Part shown: one piece after another, positions 9,921 through 17,730 of the stretch
How the letters are laid out: each line of letters starts with the position of its first letter
Numbering within the stretch: the stretch's first letter is position 1
DNA from: an uncultured Bacteroidales bacterium
GTDB lineage: Bacteria; Bacteroidota; Bacteroidia; Bacteroidales; UBA4417
Length of the DNA: 64,000 bases
Direction of reading: 5' to 3'
Assembly (NCBI GenBank): GCA_903822525.1
Contig: CAIJPI010000042.1
Location: 10,621 to 74,620, forward strand
Notes under the pieces: generated by a model
What the model was told of the DNA's origin: nothing
The model's input: only the letters and a program-made list of their open reading frames with translations
Database searches by the model: none
Made by a program: the position numbers and the translations under genes

Positions 9921-10445
9921 ATCTTGAGGTCAGCATACTCATGCTTTTGTTATACTATAATATAAAAATAATTTCAGATCGCACAATTTAATACTTTGTG
10001 TGTTATTATGTTTACTTCCGGCTTCTGGTTCTCTTGGATCATCTTGTGCATGTAGTATTGTCGGATTTCCCCTTAATTTCTTCTCTTCCTACTTATTTCT
10101 TTTTAACACTGAACTATTCTTATTAAATAATCCAGGGAGAAATCAATTTTATCAGTTCCTTTTCATTTGCTATTCTTTCAGGAAACGGCTTTCTGAATGA
10201 CTTGTTCAGGAAGTAGTTTTAGGTTCCGGGAATGTGATGAATAAGCATGTTAAAAATTAAAATTTTCTGCCATTTTTCGACACCCTTTACTGGGTTTTAA
10301 ACGGAAAAATGATTGAAAACTTTGGTTTTCACTTTTTAGTTAAGTCTTTCCGCTGAAAAGCGTCACCTGATCATTACTCCTAGGCTTGTCAGCTCTATTG
10401 TTTCAATTAAAATTCAAAATTAATTAATCTTAAAACAGTATTGTT

Positions 10446-11186
10446 ATGGCAGAAATCTTATCATTAACTGAAACCATCGAGCGTGGGAGTAAGCAAAAAA
10501 ATCTCGTTACCCTTGTCCAGGAATGGTTATGCGTTAACGGACAGCGTATAAAAGTGGATGGCGACTTTGGGCCCGCAACCCAAATCGCGATTACAGGGTT
10601 TCAGAAAATAGCCGGTGCAGTTCAAACCGGGAAAGCCGATCCCTCCACCTTCGACAAACTTGTTCTGCCTCTCAAAAGCATGACACAGGTTTCCCTGACA
10701 AATAAAACTGATCTGCTGTCAGCCGTTGTTGAATTGGCATTGAAATACCTGGCCGTTCACCCTGTGGAGGTTGGTGGCCAGAATATGGGCCCCTGGATCC
10801 GCTTTTTTATGGATGGTAATCAGGGCGAATCGTGGCCATGGTGTGCCGGTTTCGACACCTATGTGGTGAAGCAGGCCAGTGCCTTAACAGGGATTAAAAC
10901 AGCCCTGCCCCGCACATACAGTTGCGATGTGCTTGGTGCATGGGCCAGGAATAACGGAAAGCTTGTGCAAGGTACCTCCGGTAATCTTTCGGGAGTAAAA
11001 CCCGGACATCTTTTTTTGGTTCGCAAATCACAGGGCGACTGGCAGCATACAGGAATTGTAATTGAAATGGGACCAGAACATTGTGTGACGGTCGAAGGCA
11101 ATACAAATGATGAAGGCAGCCGTGAAGGCTATGAAGTTTGTCGACGCATACGATCTTTCAACTCCCTCGATTTTGTAACATATTAA
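10446..11186 (+). CDS. Peptidoglycan-binding domain + CHAP/NlpC-P60-like cysteine peptidase/amidase, no signal peptide
   Basis: The N-terminus has a PG_binding_1-like motif (VDGDFGPATQIAITGFQK). The C-terminus has nucleophile context WPWCAGF and H...TVEGNTNDEG, typical of CHAP-type hydrolases. Confidence 0.7.
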   Translation: MAEILSLTETIERGSKQKNLVTLVQEWLCVNGQRIKVDGDFGPATQIAITGFQKIAGAVQTGKADPSTFDKLVLPLKSMTQVSLTNKTDLLSAVVELALKYLAVHPVEVGGQNMGPWIRFFMDGNQGESWPWCAGFDTYVVKQASALTGIKTALPRTYSCDVLGAWARNNGKLVQGTSGNLSGVKPGHLFLVRKSQGDWQHTGIVIEMGPEHCVTVEGNTNDEGSREGYEVCRRIRSFNSLDFVTY

Positions 11187-11381
11187 TTTCTGATTCAAAT
11201 TAAAAAAGCTGAAATTCAGATAAATATGTCTGGATATTCATCATTGTGGAAAGAAAGTTCAATAAAATATATTTCGAAGTAACAAATGTGCCGTACCTAA
11301 ATATTTCCGGGCATGCATCTCTTGTTTCCTTGCCCGGACCATTGTTCATGATAATTAATTGAACCCCAAAAAATTAAAACT

Positions 11382-12629
11382 ATGAAAATAAACAATTTTA
11401 CTGAAAACGGAATGGTCCTCAGCATCATCGAAGAGCTGAAACAATCCTCAGTTAAGAATAAAGTTATTTCTGATATAATTGACGATCAGGGTAATCAATA
11501 TGTCGACCTGGTGCAGGAAGGTGGAGGTGTACTCGGCGTTGCCCTGGTGGGTTATGTGTACGTGCTTGAAAAAATGAATATCAGGTTCCTGAGTCTGGCA
11601 GGAACATCGGCAGGCTCTATAAATACGTTGTTAATGGCCGCTGCAGGCAGAATAGATGAGACGAAAAGCGACTGGATTCTCGAATGCCTTTGTAATAAAA
11701 AATTGTACGATTTTGTGGACGGTGATGCTGATGCCCGCGAATTTATCGATGCCTTATTAGGCGATGTAAGCAATATTAAACTTGCTATGAAAGGTACCCA
11801 GGTAATTGATAACTTCAGGGATGATTTTGGCCTTAATCCAGGGAAAAATTTTCACGACTGGATGAAAAATCTTCTCAACCAGAAGCGCATTAAAAATATG
11901 GGTGATTTGCGCCGATTACGCGAAGCGGGAGTTAGTACCGGAAATAATCTCCGTAACAGGCTGACCAATGAAATTTACACTTCACCTAAGGATCTCCTTG
12001 AGTTAGCCATAATCACTGCTGATATAACCACGCAAAGCAAAATCATATTCCCCGAAATGTCGGAATTGTTTTATGAAAATCCTGAAATGACTAATCCGGC
12101 CGATTTTGCTCGTGCTTCCATGTCTATCCCTTTCTTCTTCCAGCCTTTCCGGCTCAATAACCTGCCAACCGGCGTCGAAGCCTGGAAAAAATGGAATAAA
12201 ATGACAGGTCTTAATGCATCTGTTCCGGCAGAGGTGCTTTTTATGGATGGAGGAATTATCTCAAATTTCCCTATCGATATTTTCCACAACAATACCAAAG
12301 TGCCTGATGCGCCAACATTTGGAGTAAAAATAGGGCTCGACAAAGCCGAGATTAATCCGAATAAGAAGTTCTTCAGTCTGATAGGATCCGTATTTAATAC
12401 CGCCAGATTTTCATCCGACGATAACTTCCTGCGAACAAATCCTGATTTCCGCAACCTGATAGGATATATTGATACCGGAAGCCATAACTGGCTGAACTTT
12501 GGCTTGACCGATGAAGCAAAAGTCGACCTGTTTATAAGGGGAGCTCAGGCAGCCGCTGCTTTTATTCATAATTTTAACTGGGAGAAATATAAAGAAATAC
12601 GCAAGGTCAAGAAAGAACTTTATGCCTGA
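11382..12629 (+). CDS. Patatin-like phospholipase family protein
   Basis: Oxyanion hole GGGVLG, nucleophile elbow GTSAG (GxSxG), and the catalytic Asp motif [10 protein letters not shown]. Confidence 0.88.
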   Translation: MKINNFTENGMVLSIIEELKQSSVKNKVISDIIDDQGNQYVDLVQEGGGVLGVALVGYVYVLEKMNIRFLSLAGTSAGSINTLLMAAAGRIDETKSDWILECLCNKKLYDFVDGDADAREFIDALLGDVSNIKLAMKGTQVIDNFRDDFGLNPGKNFHDWMKNLLNQKRIKNMGDLRRLREAGVSTGNNLRNRLTNEIYTSPKDLLELAIITADITTQSKIIFPEMSELFYENPEMTNPADFARASMSIPFFFQPFRLNNLPTGVEAWKKWNKMTGLNASVPAEVLFMDGGIISNFPIDIFHNNTKVPDAPTFGVKIGLDKAEINPNKKFFSLIGSVFNTARFSSDDNFLRTNPDFRNLIGYIDTGSHNWLNFGLTDEAKVDLFIRGAQAAAAFIHNFNWEKYKEIRKVKKELYA

Positions 12630-12969
12630 TAACAGGTATAAAGCATACACTAAACTTCCTGTTTCTATTTCCATACAATTTAAATGGGAAGAGTATATGA
12701 GTGCATTTATAAGCTGAAATTCTGATGACCAAAACATATTTGGAGAGCTTCAAACATAGTTGTGATCAGGCTTTTGAACGGATTGTAAGGATTTCAGCAA
12801 TTTTTGGCTGAATCTGCATTTCATTTTGTAATTTTGCTGGGAACGATCTCCCGTAAGCCTTTATTGCTGAGGTATTGAAATGTTATATACCCGCATTGGA
12901 AGCATAGCAGAAACTTTTTCGCAGAAAAATATCAAGCCGTCAGAATTTTAGCTTTCAATACATGGTTTT

Positions 12970-14496
12970 ATGAAATACCTCCTGCTTTCTTCCTTTTTTA
13001 CGCTTTTTCTCTTTACCAGATCCTATTCGCAGACAACACTTTTTGACGATTCACGTGTATCCAGTGTTTATGTCGAAATCTCGCCCGATTCGCTTGCTGT
13101 AATTATGACCGATGTGCTTTCGGACCATTATTTTCAAGCTATGTTTATTTACGATTATGGAACAGGTCGCGATACACTCCAGAATATCGGATTCCGTTTG
13201 AGAGGCAATACTTCCCGATTATCGCAAAAGAAATCGTTTAAGATCAGTTTCAACGAATATGTTTCTGGGCGCAAATACCAGGGGGTAAAAAAAATCAATC
13301 TGAATGGCCAGCATAACGATCCGACTATGGTTCGCGAAAAACTCTTCTACGATTCGTGGAACAAAGCAGGAATGGCCGAGCGTCGCACCAGTTTTGTGAA
13401 ATTATATATCAATCATATATATCGCGGATTATACACCAATCTCGAAGAACTGGATAAAGATTGGCTGCTAAGGGCATACGGCGATAATGGTGGCAATCTC
13501 TATAAATGTACTTATCCTGCCGACATGGTTTACCATAATACCAATCAGCAAACATATAAGGATATTCATAGTGGCGCAACCACAGGAGGTCGTGCTTATG
13601 ACCTTCAAACCAATGAAACCCTGGATGATTATACCGATCTGGTCGAACTTATCACTCTTCTTAACCGACCTGCCGATTCCTTATTTGCCGTTCAGATTGC
13701 TCAAAAACTCAATGTCGATGGATTGCTGAAAGCATTTGCCATTGATGTGGCTACAGGCGACTGGGACGGTTATATGTACAACAAGAACAACTATTTCTTT
13801 TACCATCGGACGGATAACGGCAAATTTGAGTATATAGCATACGACACGGATAATACATTCGGTGTTGATTGGGTACACCAGGATTGGACAACCCGCAGCT
13901 GTTTAAAGTGGTATAATCAGACCGAATCCAGACCGCTTGCTAAAAAAATATTATCGGTTCCTGCATTTATGTCAAGGTATGTGCAGTATCTGGATACAAT
14001 ATCTCATACCATAGTGAATCCTAATGTGATTTTTGCACACATTGATTCGTTGAAAACGTTGATTTATTCTGCTGCAATTGCCGATAACTATCGTTCTCTG
14101 GATTTTGGATATACCTTAGACAATTTCAATAATGGATTCATCCAAACTGTTGATTCGCATACTCCCTATGGCATTAAGCCTTTTCTTACAAAGAGGTATA
14201 ATTATACAATGCAACAGATTGCAACAGCTTCCGTTTTCGAAATACCCGGCAACGGATTTACTTTCTCAATTTATCCTAATCCTGCCTCCGAACTGCTCAC
14301 ATTAAAAATCGCAAAATCATTGGAGGACCGTCAGTGTTTCATTGCAGATATGATGGGCAGGATACAGAAAAGCTTTATACTCGCGAAAAATCAGGATGAG
14401 TACATGTTACAGGTCGCAACTTTGAAACCTGGTGTGTATTCTCTTGGAATAGTTGGTAGTGCGAATACCGGAAGTAAACTCTTTATTAAAAAGTAA
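12970..14496 (+). CDS. CotH family protein with T9SS C-terminal sorting domain
   Basis: Signal peptide; CotH-like IGFRLRGNTSR...KKSFKISF; C-terminal YPNPASELLTLKI...GVYSL por-secretion tail. Confidence 0.8.
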   Translation: MKYLLLSSFFTLFLFTRSYSQTTLFDDSRVSSVYVEISPDSLAVIMTDVLSDHYFQAMFIYDYGTGRDTLQNIGFRLRGNTSRLSQKKSFKISFNEYVSGRKYQGVKKINLNGQHNDPTMVREKLFYDSWNKAGMAERRTSFVKLYINHIYRGLYTNLEELDKDWLLRAYGDNGGNLYKCTYPADMVYHNTNQQTYKDIHSGATTGGRAYDLQTNETLDDYTDLVELITLLNRPADSLFAVQIAQKLNVDGLLKAFAIDVATGDWDGYMYNKNNYFFYHRTDNGKFEYIAYDTDNTFGVDWVHQDWTTRSCLKWYNQTESRPLAKKILSVPAFMSRYVQYLDTISHTIVNPNVIFAHIDSLKTLIYSAAIADNYRSLDFGYTLDNFNNGFIQTVDSHTPYGIKPFLTKRYNYTMQQIATASVFEIPGNGFTFSIYPNPASELLTLKIAKSLEDRQCFIADMMGRIQKSFILAKNQDEYMLQVATLKPGVYSLGIVGSANTGSKLFIKK

Positions 14497-14556
14497 CCTA
14501 TTAAGGTTTGCCTGACAACCCAAAGGTTTTTAGATAAATTGACAGGGTTCCCTGCC

Positions 14557-14943
14557 TTAGATATCCCTGTATACTTTGCGAAGTTCTTTTGTTACTTCAC
14601 ATGCAAATTCTTCAAGTGCTTTATTATTGAGCGATCCGGCAGCAGCGTCAGGGTTAATCAGCGTTATTTCAACTTTGCCGTTGGTATGTTCTTGTACTAT
14701 CACATTACAGGGCATCATAACACCGGCTTTATCGTCCGATTGTAAAGCCTGGTAAGCAAACGAAGGATTGCACGCTCCAAGGATACGGTAGGGTCTGAAG
14801 TCAACATCAATCTTTTTCTTCAGAGTTTCTTTTACATCAATTTCAGTAATAATTCCGAAACCATGGTCCTTTAGTATTGCTGTCACATGTGCTATGGCAT
14901 CATCAAAGGTCTTGTCTGAAAATTTGGTGAAATAAGGCTTCAT
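14557..14943 (-). CDS. DUF302 domain protein
   Basis: 128 aa; the pattern GFGIITEIDVKETLKKK...YRILGACNP...MPCNVIV is typical of DUF302. Confidence 0.75.
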   Translation of the reverse strand: MKPYFTKFSDKTFDDAIAHVTAILKDHGFGIITEIDVKETLKKKIDVDFRPYRILGACNPSFAYQALQSDDKAGVMMPCNVIVQEHTNGKVEITLINPDAAAGSLNNKALEEFACEVTKELRKVYRDI

Positions 14944-15052
14944 TTTATCTTTTTATTATAGATTTCTCAATTATGAATTTAATATTTTCATTTGTTCCAT
15001 TCTCAAGAATAACCTGCATTCTGTAAAACCATTGAATTGCAGTTTGTTTCAA

Positions 15053-16855
15053 CTATGTTTTTCCTATCAGAATTCCCATATTTTTCATCAGGTATGTCGC
15101 ATTTAGATTTTTACAAACGCCATCATGAAGTTTATAGTCTATAAGCATTTTATCTCCTTCAATCTGGATTTCAAAACAGAGATTGTTTACCTGGCCGGGG
15201 AAGCGGTTTGCCAGTTCACCTAACATAAGGTCGTGAGTAGCAAATAACCCGACCGATTTATAATGCAACAATTGTTCAATCAAAGCGATAGATCCGGATT
15301 GTTTGTCTTTTGAGTTGGTGCCTTTCAGGATTTCATCCAATAGAATAAACTTTTTTCTGCCTCCTTCCAATTCATCAATAATCTGTTTCAATCGCTTAAG
15401 CTCAGCATAAAAATAGGATTCGTTCCGCGTAAGGGAGTCGCTGGTGCGAATGCTGCTGTGTATCTGAATAGGGTAGAAGCTGAGATTTGAAGCACAAACC
15501 GGGGCACCGGTCATCGACAATATATAATTCACTCCTATGGTCCGGAGGAAAGTACTCTTTCCTGACATATTGGCCCCTGTTATGATGGCAAACTGGTTCC
15601 AGCCTTTTATCGCAATGGTATTAACCACCCTTTGTTCAGCATTTATCAGCGGATGGCCCAGGTTCAGGGCCGAAAATTCAAATTCGCCGCTCAATGGTTC
15701 AGGAAATGTATATTCCGGATGATTGTATGCGAAATTGGCCAGGCTGCACATGGCATCAAAAGTAGCAATGGCATCAAACCATTTGGGGACACTTTCCCGG
15801 TTCTGCTTTTTCCATTTTTCAGCTTTCAGCAGCAAGTGTAAGTTAAACATGAAAAGTCCGTTCAGGAATATGGCAACCAGTATATTAAGATTCGAATCCA
15901 TGTAGTTTAATATCGCTGAAAGCTGGTGAATTGCCTTCGACGGATTTTTCCCCTCCTGAGCAACCAGCTCATTCTGCAGATTGGTGAAATATTTGGAAGT
16001 GAAACGGGTTCTCTCAATCTGAAACAGGCATTTTGCATAGTGATTTAATATTTTGCTCTTCGATGTAATAATATTCTGAACCTGTATGGTTTGCCTGGCA
16101 TACAGGAATACTATCATTAACTGTAAAACTATAAGGACGGAGGGGAATGCTATGATACCCGGTATAGAAAGTAAAATGCACGTCAGAGTGACAAATGGAA
16201 GTCCATACGCAAGTGCCTGCAATAGTTTTATATTACTTACAGGACTTTCACTCTTTAACCATTGTTCTGTTTCGGTTTTATCAGTCACTTCAATTTTTTC
16301 ATCATGAAACAGAAGTTGCAGCTGCTGTCGGAGTTCAATCATTTCTGATAATTCTTTTACAGCTTCTTGCCGTGTAATCACCTCAGCGCTGTAGCCAAAT
16401 GAATTACTTAAATACTCTGCCAGCCGGAATTTACCCAGTATAGTTGAGGTGCGATTGATATATTGGAATAATGAACCAGCACCAAAAATATCCAGATCAT
16501 GGGTGTAATCGTGCGATTCATCCACAAACTCATTACCCGGATCGAAACTAGAATAGTTGCTTCCTAAGGCCGAAACTTCTTTCTGGTTGATGGAAATCAG
16601 AATATCAACCAGCCGGATACGGTTCTTAAGTTTGCTGTCAATTATACTTAAAACAATCAATGCAACCAAAGCTGACATAGCCGTAATTCCTGATATTGCC
16701 GATTGTATGGTCAGATATCTGTAAACAAGTATTGCAAACATAAGAAATAGTCCCAGCCTCAGCAGGGGCAGATGTTTTTGTTTCTTGACTAGTTTTTGTT
16801 TTTCGCTGCTATAGGTCGAAATACGCAATGTATATCCGGATAATCTGTCAGGCAT
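15053..16855 (-). CDS. MutS-related ATPase (domain V only) with N-terminal transmembrane region
   Basis: Walker A ITGANMSGKSTFLRTIG, Walker B/MutS motif ILLDEILKGTNSKDK, and THD. Several hydrophobic helices lie in the N-terminal half. No mismatch-binding domain is recognisable. Confidence 0.8.
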   Translation of the reverse strand: MPDRLSGYTLRISTYSSEKQKLVKKQKHLPLLRLGLFLMFAILVYRYLTIQSAISGITAMSALVALIVLSIIDSKLKNRIRLVDILISINQKEVSALGSNYSSFDPGNEFVDESHDYTHDLDIFGAGSLFQYINRTSTILGKFRLAEYLSNSFGYSAEVITRQEAVKELSEMIELRQQLQLLFHDEKIEVTDKTETEQWLKSESPVSNIKLLQALAYGLPFVTLTCILLSIPGIIAFPSVLIVLQLMIVFLYARQTIQVQNIITSKSKILNHYAKCLFQIERTRFTSKYFTNLQNELVAQEGKNPSKAIHQLSAILNYMDSNLNILVAIFLNGLFMFNLHLLLKAEKWKKQNRESVPKWFDAIATFDAMCSLANFAYNHPEYTFPEPLSGEFEFSALNLGHPLINAEQRVVNTIAIKGWNQFAIITGANMSGKSTFLRTIGVNYILSMTGAPVCASNLSFYPIQIHSSIRTSDSLTRNESYFYAELKRLKQIIDELEGGRKKFILLDEILKGTNSKDKQSGSIALIEQLLHYKSVGLFATHDLMLGELANRFPGQVNNLCFEIQIEGDKMLIDYKLHDGVCKNLNATYLMKNMGILIGKT

Positions 16856-16960
16856 ATTAAAGTATTATATCGCAAAGGTAGGATATAATAAAAAAGGGTT
16901 TGGTGTAAAATATGAGAATCTTAGGAAAAGAGAAGTTTATGCTCAGGCCTGTTAAGAAAA

Positions 16961-17002
16961 TTTGTTTGTTTTATACGTACAAATATATTATCTTTGTACG
17001 TA
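16961..17002 (+). promoter_or_regulatory. Candidate Bacteroidota promoter (-33 TTTG, -7 TAtcTTTG) overlapped by a perfect 10-bp inverted repeat (operator)
   Basis: TTTGTTTG lies at 16961-16968 and TATCTTTG at 16989-16996. TACGTACAAA (16974-16983) and TTTGTACGTA (16993-17002) are exact reverse complements. The element ends 14 nt before the antitoxin ATG. Confidence 0.5.
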
Positions 17003-17015
17003 AAATAAGTGGTGT

Positions 17016-17261
17016 ATGGATACCAAATTAACAATAAAGCTTGATGCAGCGGTGATCTCCAGGGCTAAGAACTTTGCAAGCAAGCGTAAGACAAGTCTCT
17101 CTAAAATGATCGAGAATTATCTTGATGTTATTACTGATCCGGATAGTGGTGATGCCGAAATTACCCCATTAGTAAAAAGCCTTAGTGGAGTATTTACTTT
17201 GCCGGCCAATTATGATTATAAGAAAGAATACGCAGAATTTCTATCTCAAAAGCACTCATGA
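17016..17261 (+). CDS. Small antitoxin-like protein of a type II TA pair
   Basis: An 81-aa protein whose stop overlaps the PIN gene start (ATGA, 4-nt overlap). Its position upstream of a PIN toxin fits an antitoxin role. Confidence 0.65.
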   Translation: MDTKLTIKLDAAVISRAKNFASKRKTSLSKMIENYLDVITDPDSGDAEITPLVKSLSGVFTLPANYDYKKEYAEFLSQKHS

Positions 17262-17674
17262 TAAATATTTTGCTCGATACCAACATTATCCTTGACCTTT
17301 TAGCAGCTAGGGAGCCTTTTTATGCAGAAGCTGCTGAATTGTTTTCATTGGCTGATAAGAAGTCAATTAAATTGTCAGTTTCTGCATTATCGTTTGCCAA
17401 TATCCATTATATTTTATCAAAATTTATCAATGATCAGGAAGCACGAAAAATTCTAAGAAATTTTAAAGTAATTGTTTCTGTTTTACCCTTAGATGAGAAA
17501 ATTGTTGATTTAGCTCTAAATTCGGATTTTAAGGATTTTGAAGATTCTATCCAATATTTTACTGCCATTGAGAATGCGCAGAAACTGATTGTTACCAGGA
17601 ATAAATCAGATTTTAAACATTCTAAGATTCCAATCATGACAGCAGGTGAGTTTATTAAATCGCTTTCATTATAA
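17258..17674 (+). CDS. PIN-domain (VapC-like) toxin
   Basis: N-terminal LLDTNIILDLL acidic motif; 138 aa; further conserved acidic residues (DFEDSIQ). Confidence 0.8.
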   Translation: MINILLDTNIILDLLAAREPFYAEAAELFSLADKKSIKLSVSALSFANIHYILSKFINDQEARKILRNFKVIVSVLPLDEKIVDLALNSDFKDFEDSIQYFTAIENAQKLIVTRNKSDFKHSKIPIMTAGEFIKSLSL

Positions 17675-17703
17675 TGATTAAATAGATGTCATAAAACTCC
17701 TAA

Positions 17704-17728
17704 CCCCCAACCCTTAACCCCTAACCCC
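17704..17728 (-). repeat. TTAGGG-like G-tract repeat (canonical G-quadruplex motif on the minus strand)
   Basis: The minus strand reads GGGGTTAGGGGTTAAGGGTTGGGGG: four G-runs of at least 3, with loops of 3, 4 and 2 nt. It starts 2 nt after the dnaE2 stop codon. Confidence 0.7.
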
Positions 17729-17730
17729 TT

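Noticed and set aside
10000-10200. A 66-aa ORF in the 525-nt gap after the decarboxylase gene.
   Set aside because: The peptide is low-complexity (FFSSYLFLFNTELFLLNN). It has no motif and no plausible start context. The region is treated as non-coding.
17697-17730. The TTAGGG/CCCTAA-like repeat as a telomere or linear-replicon end.
   Set aside because: There are only about 4-5 degenerate units, and they sit between two convergent intact genes. Nothing indicates a chromosome end. I kept it only as a G4 or repeat observation.
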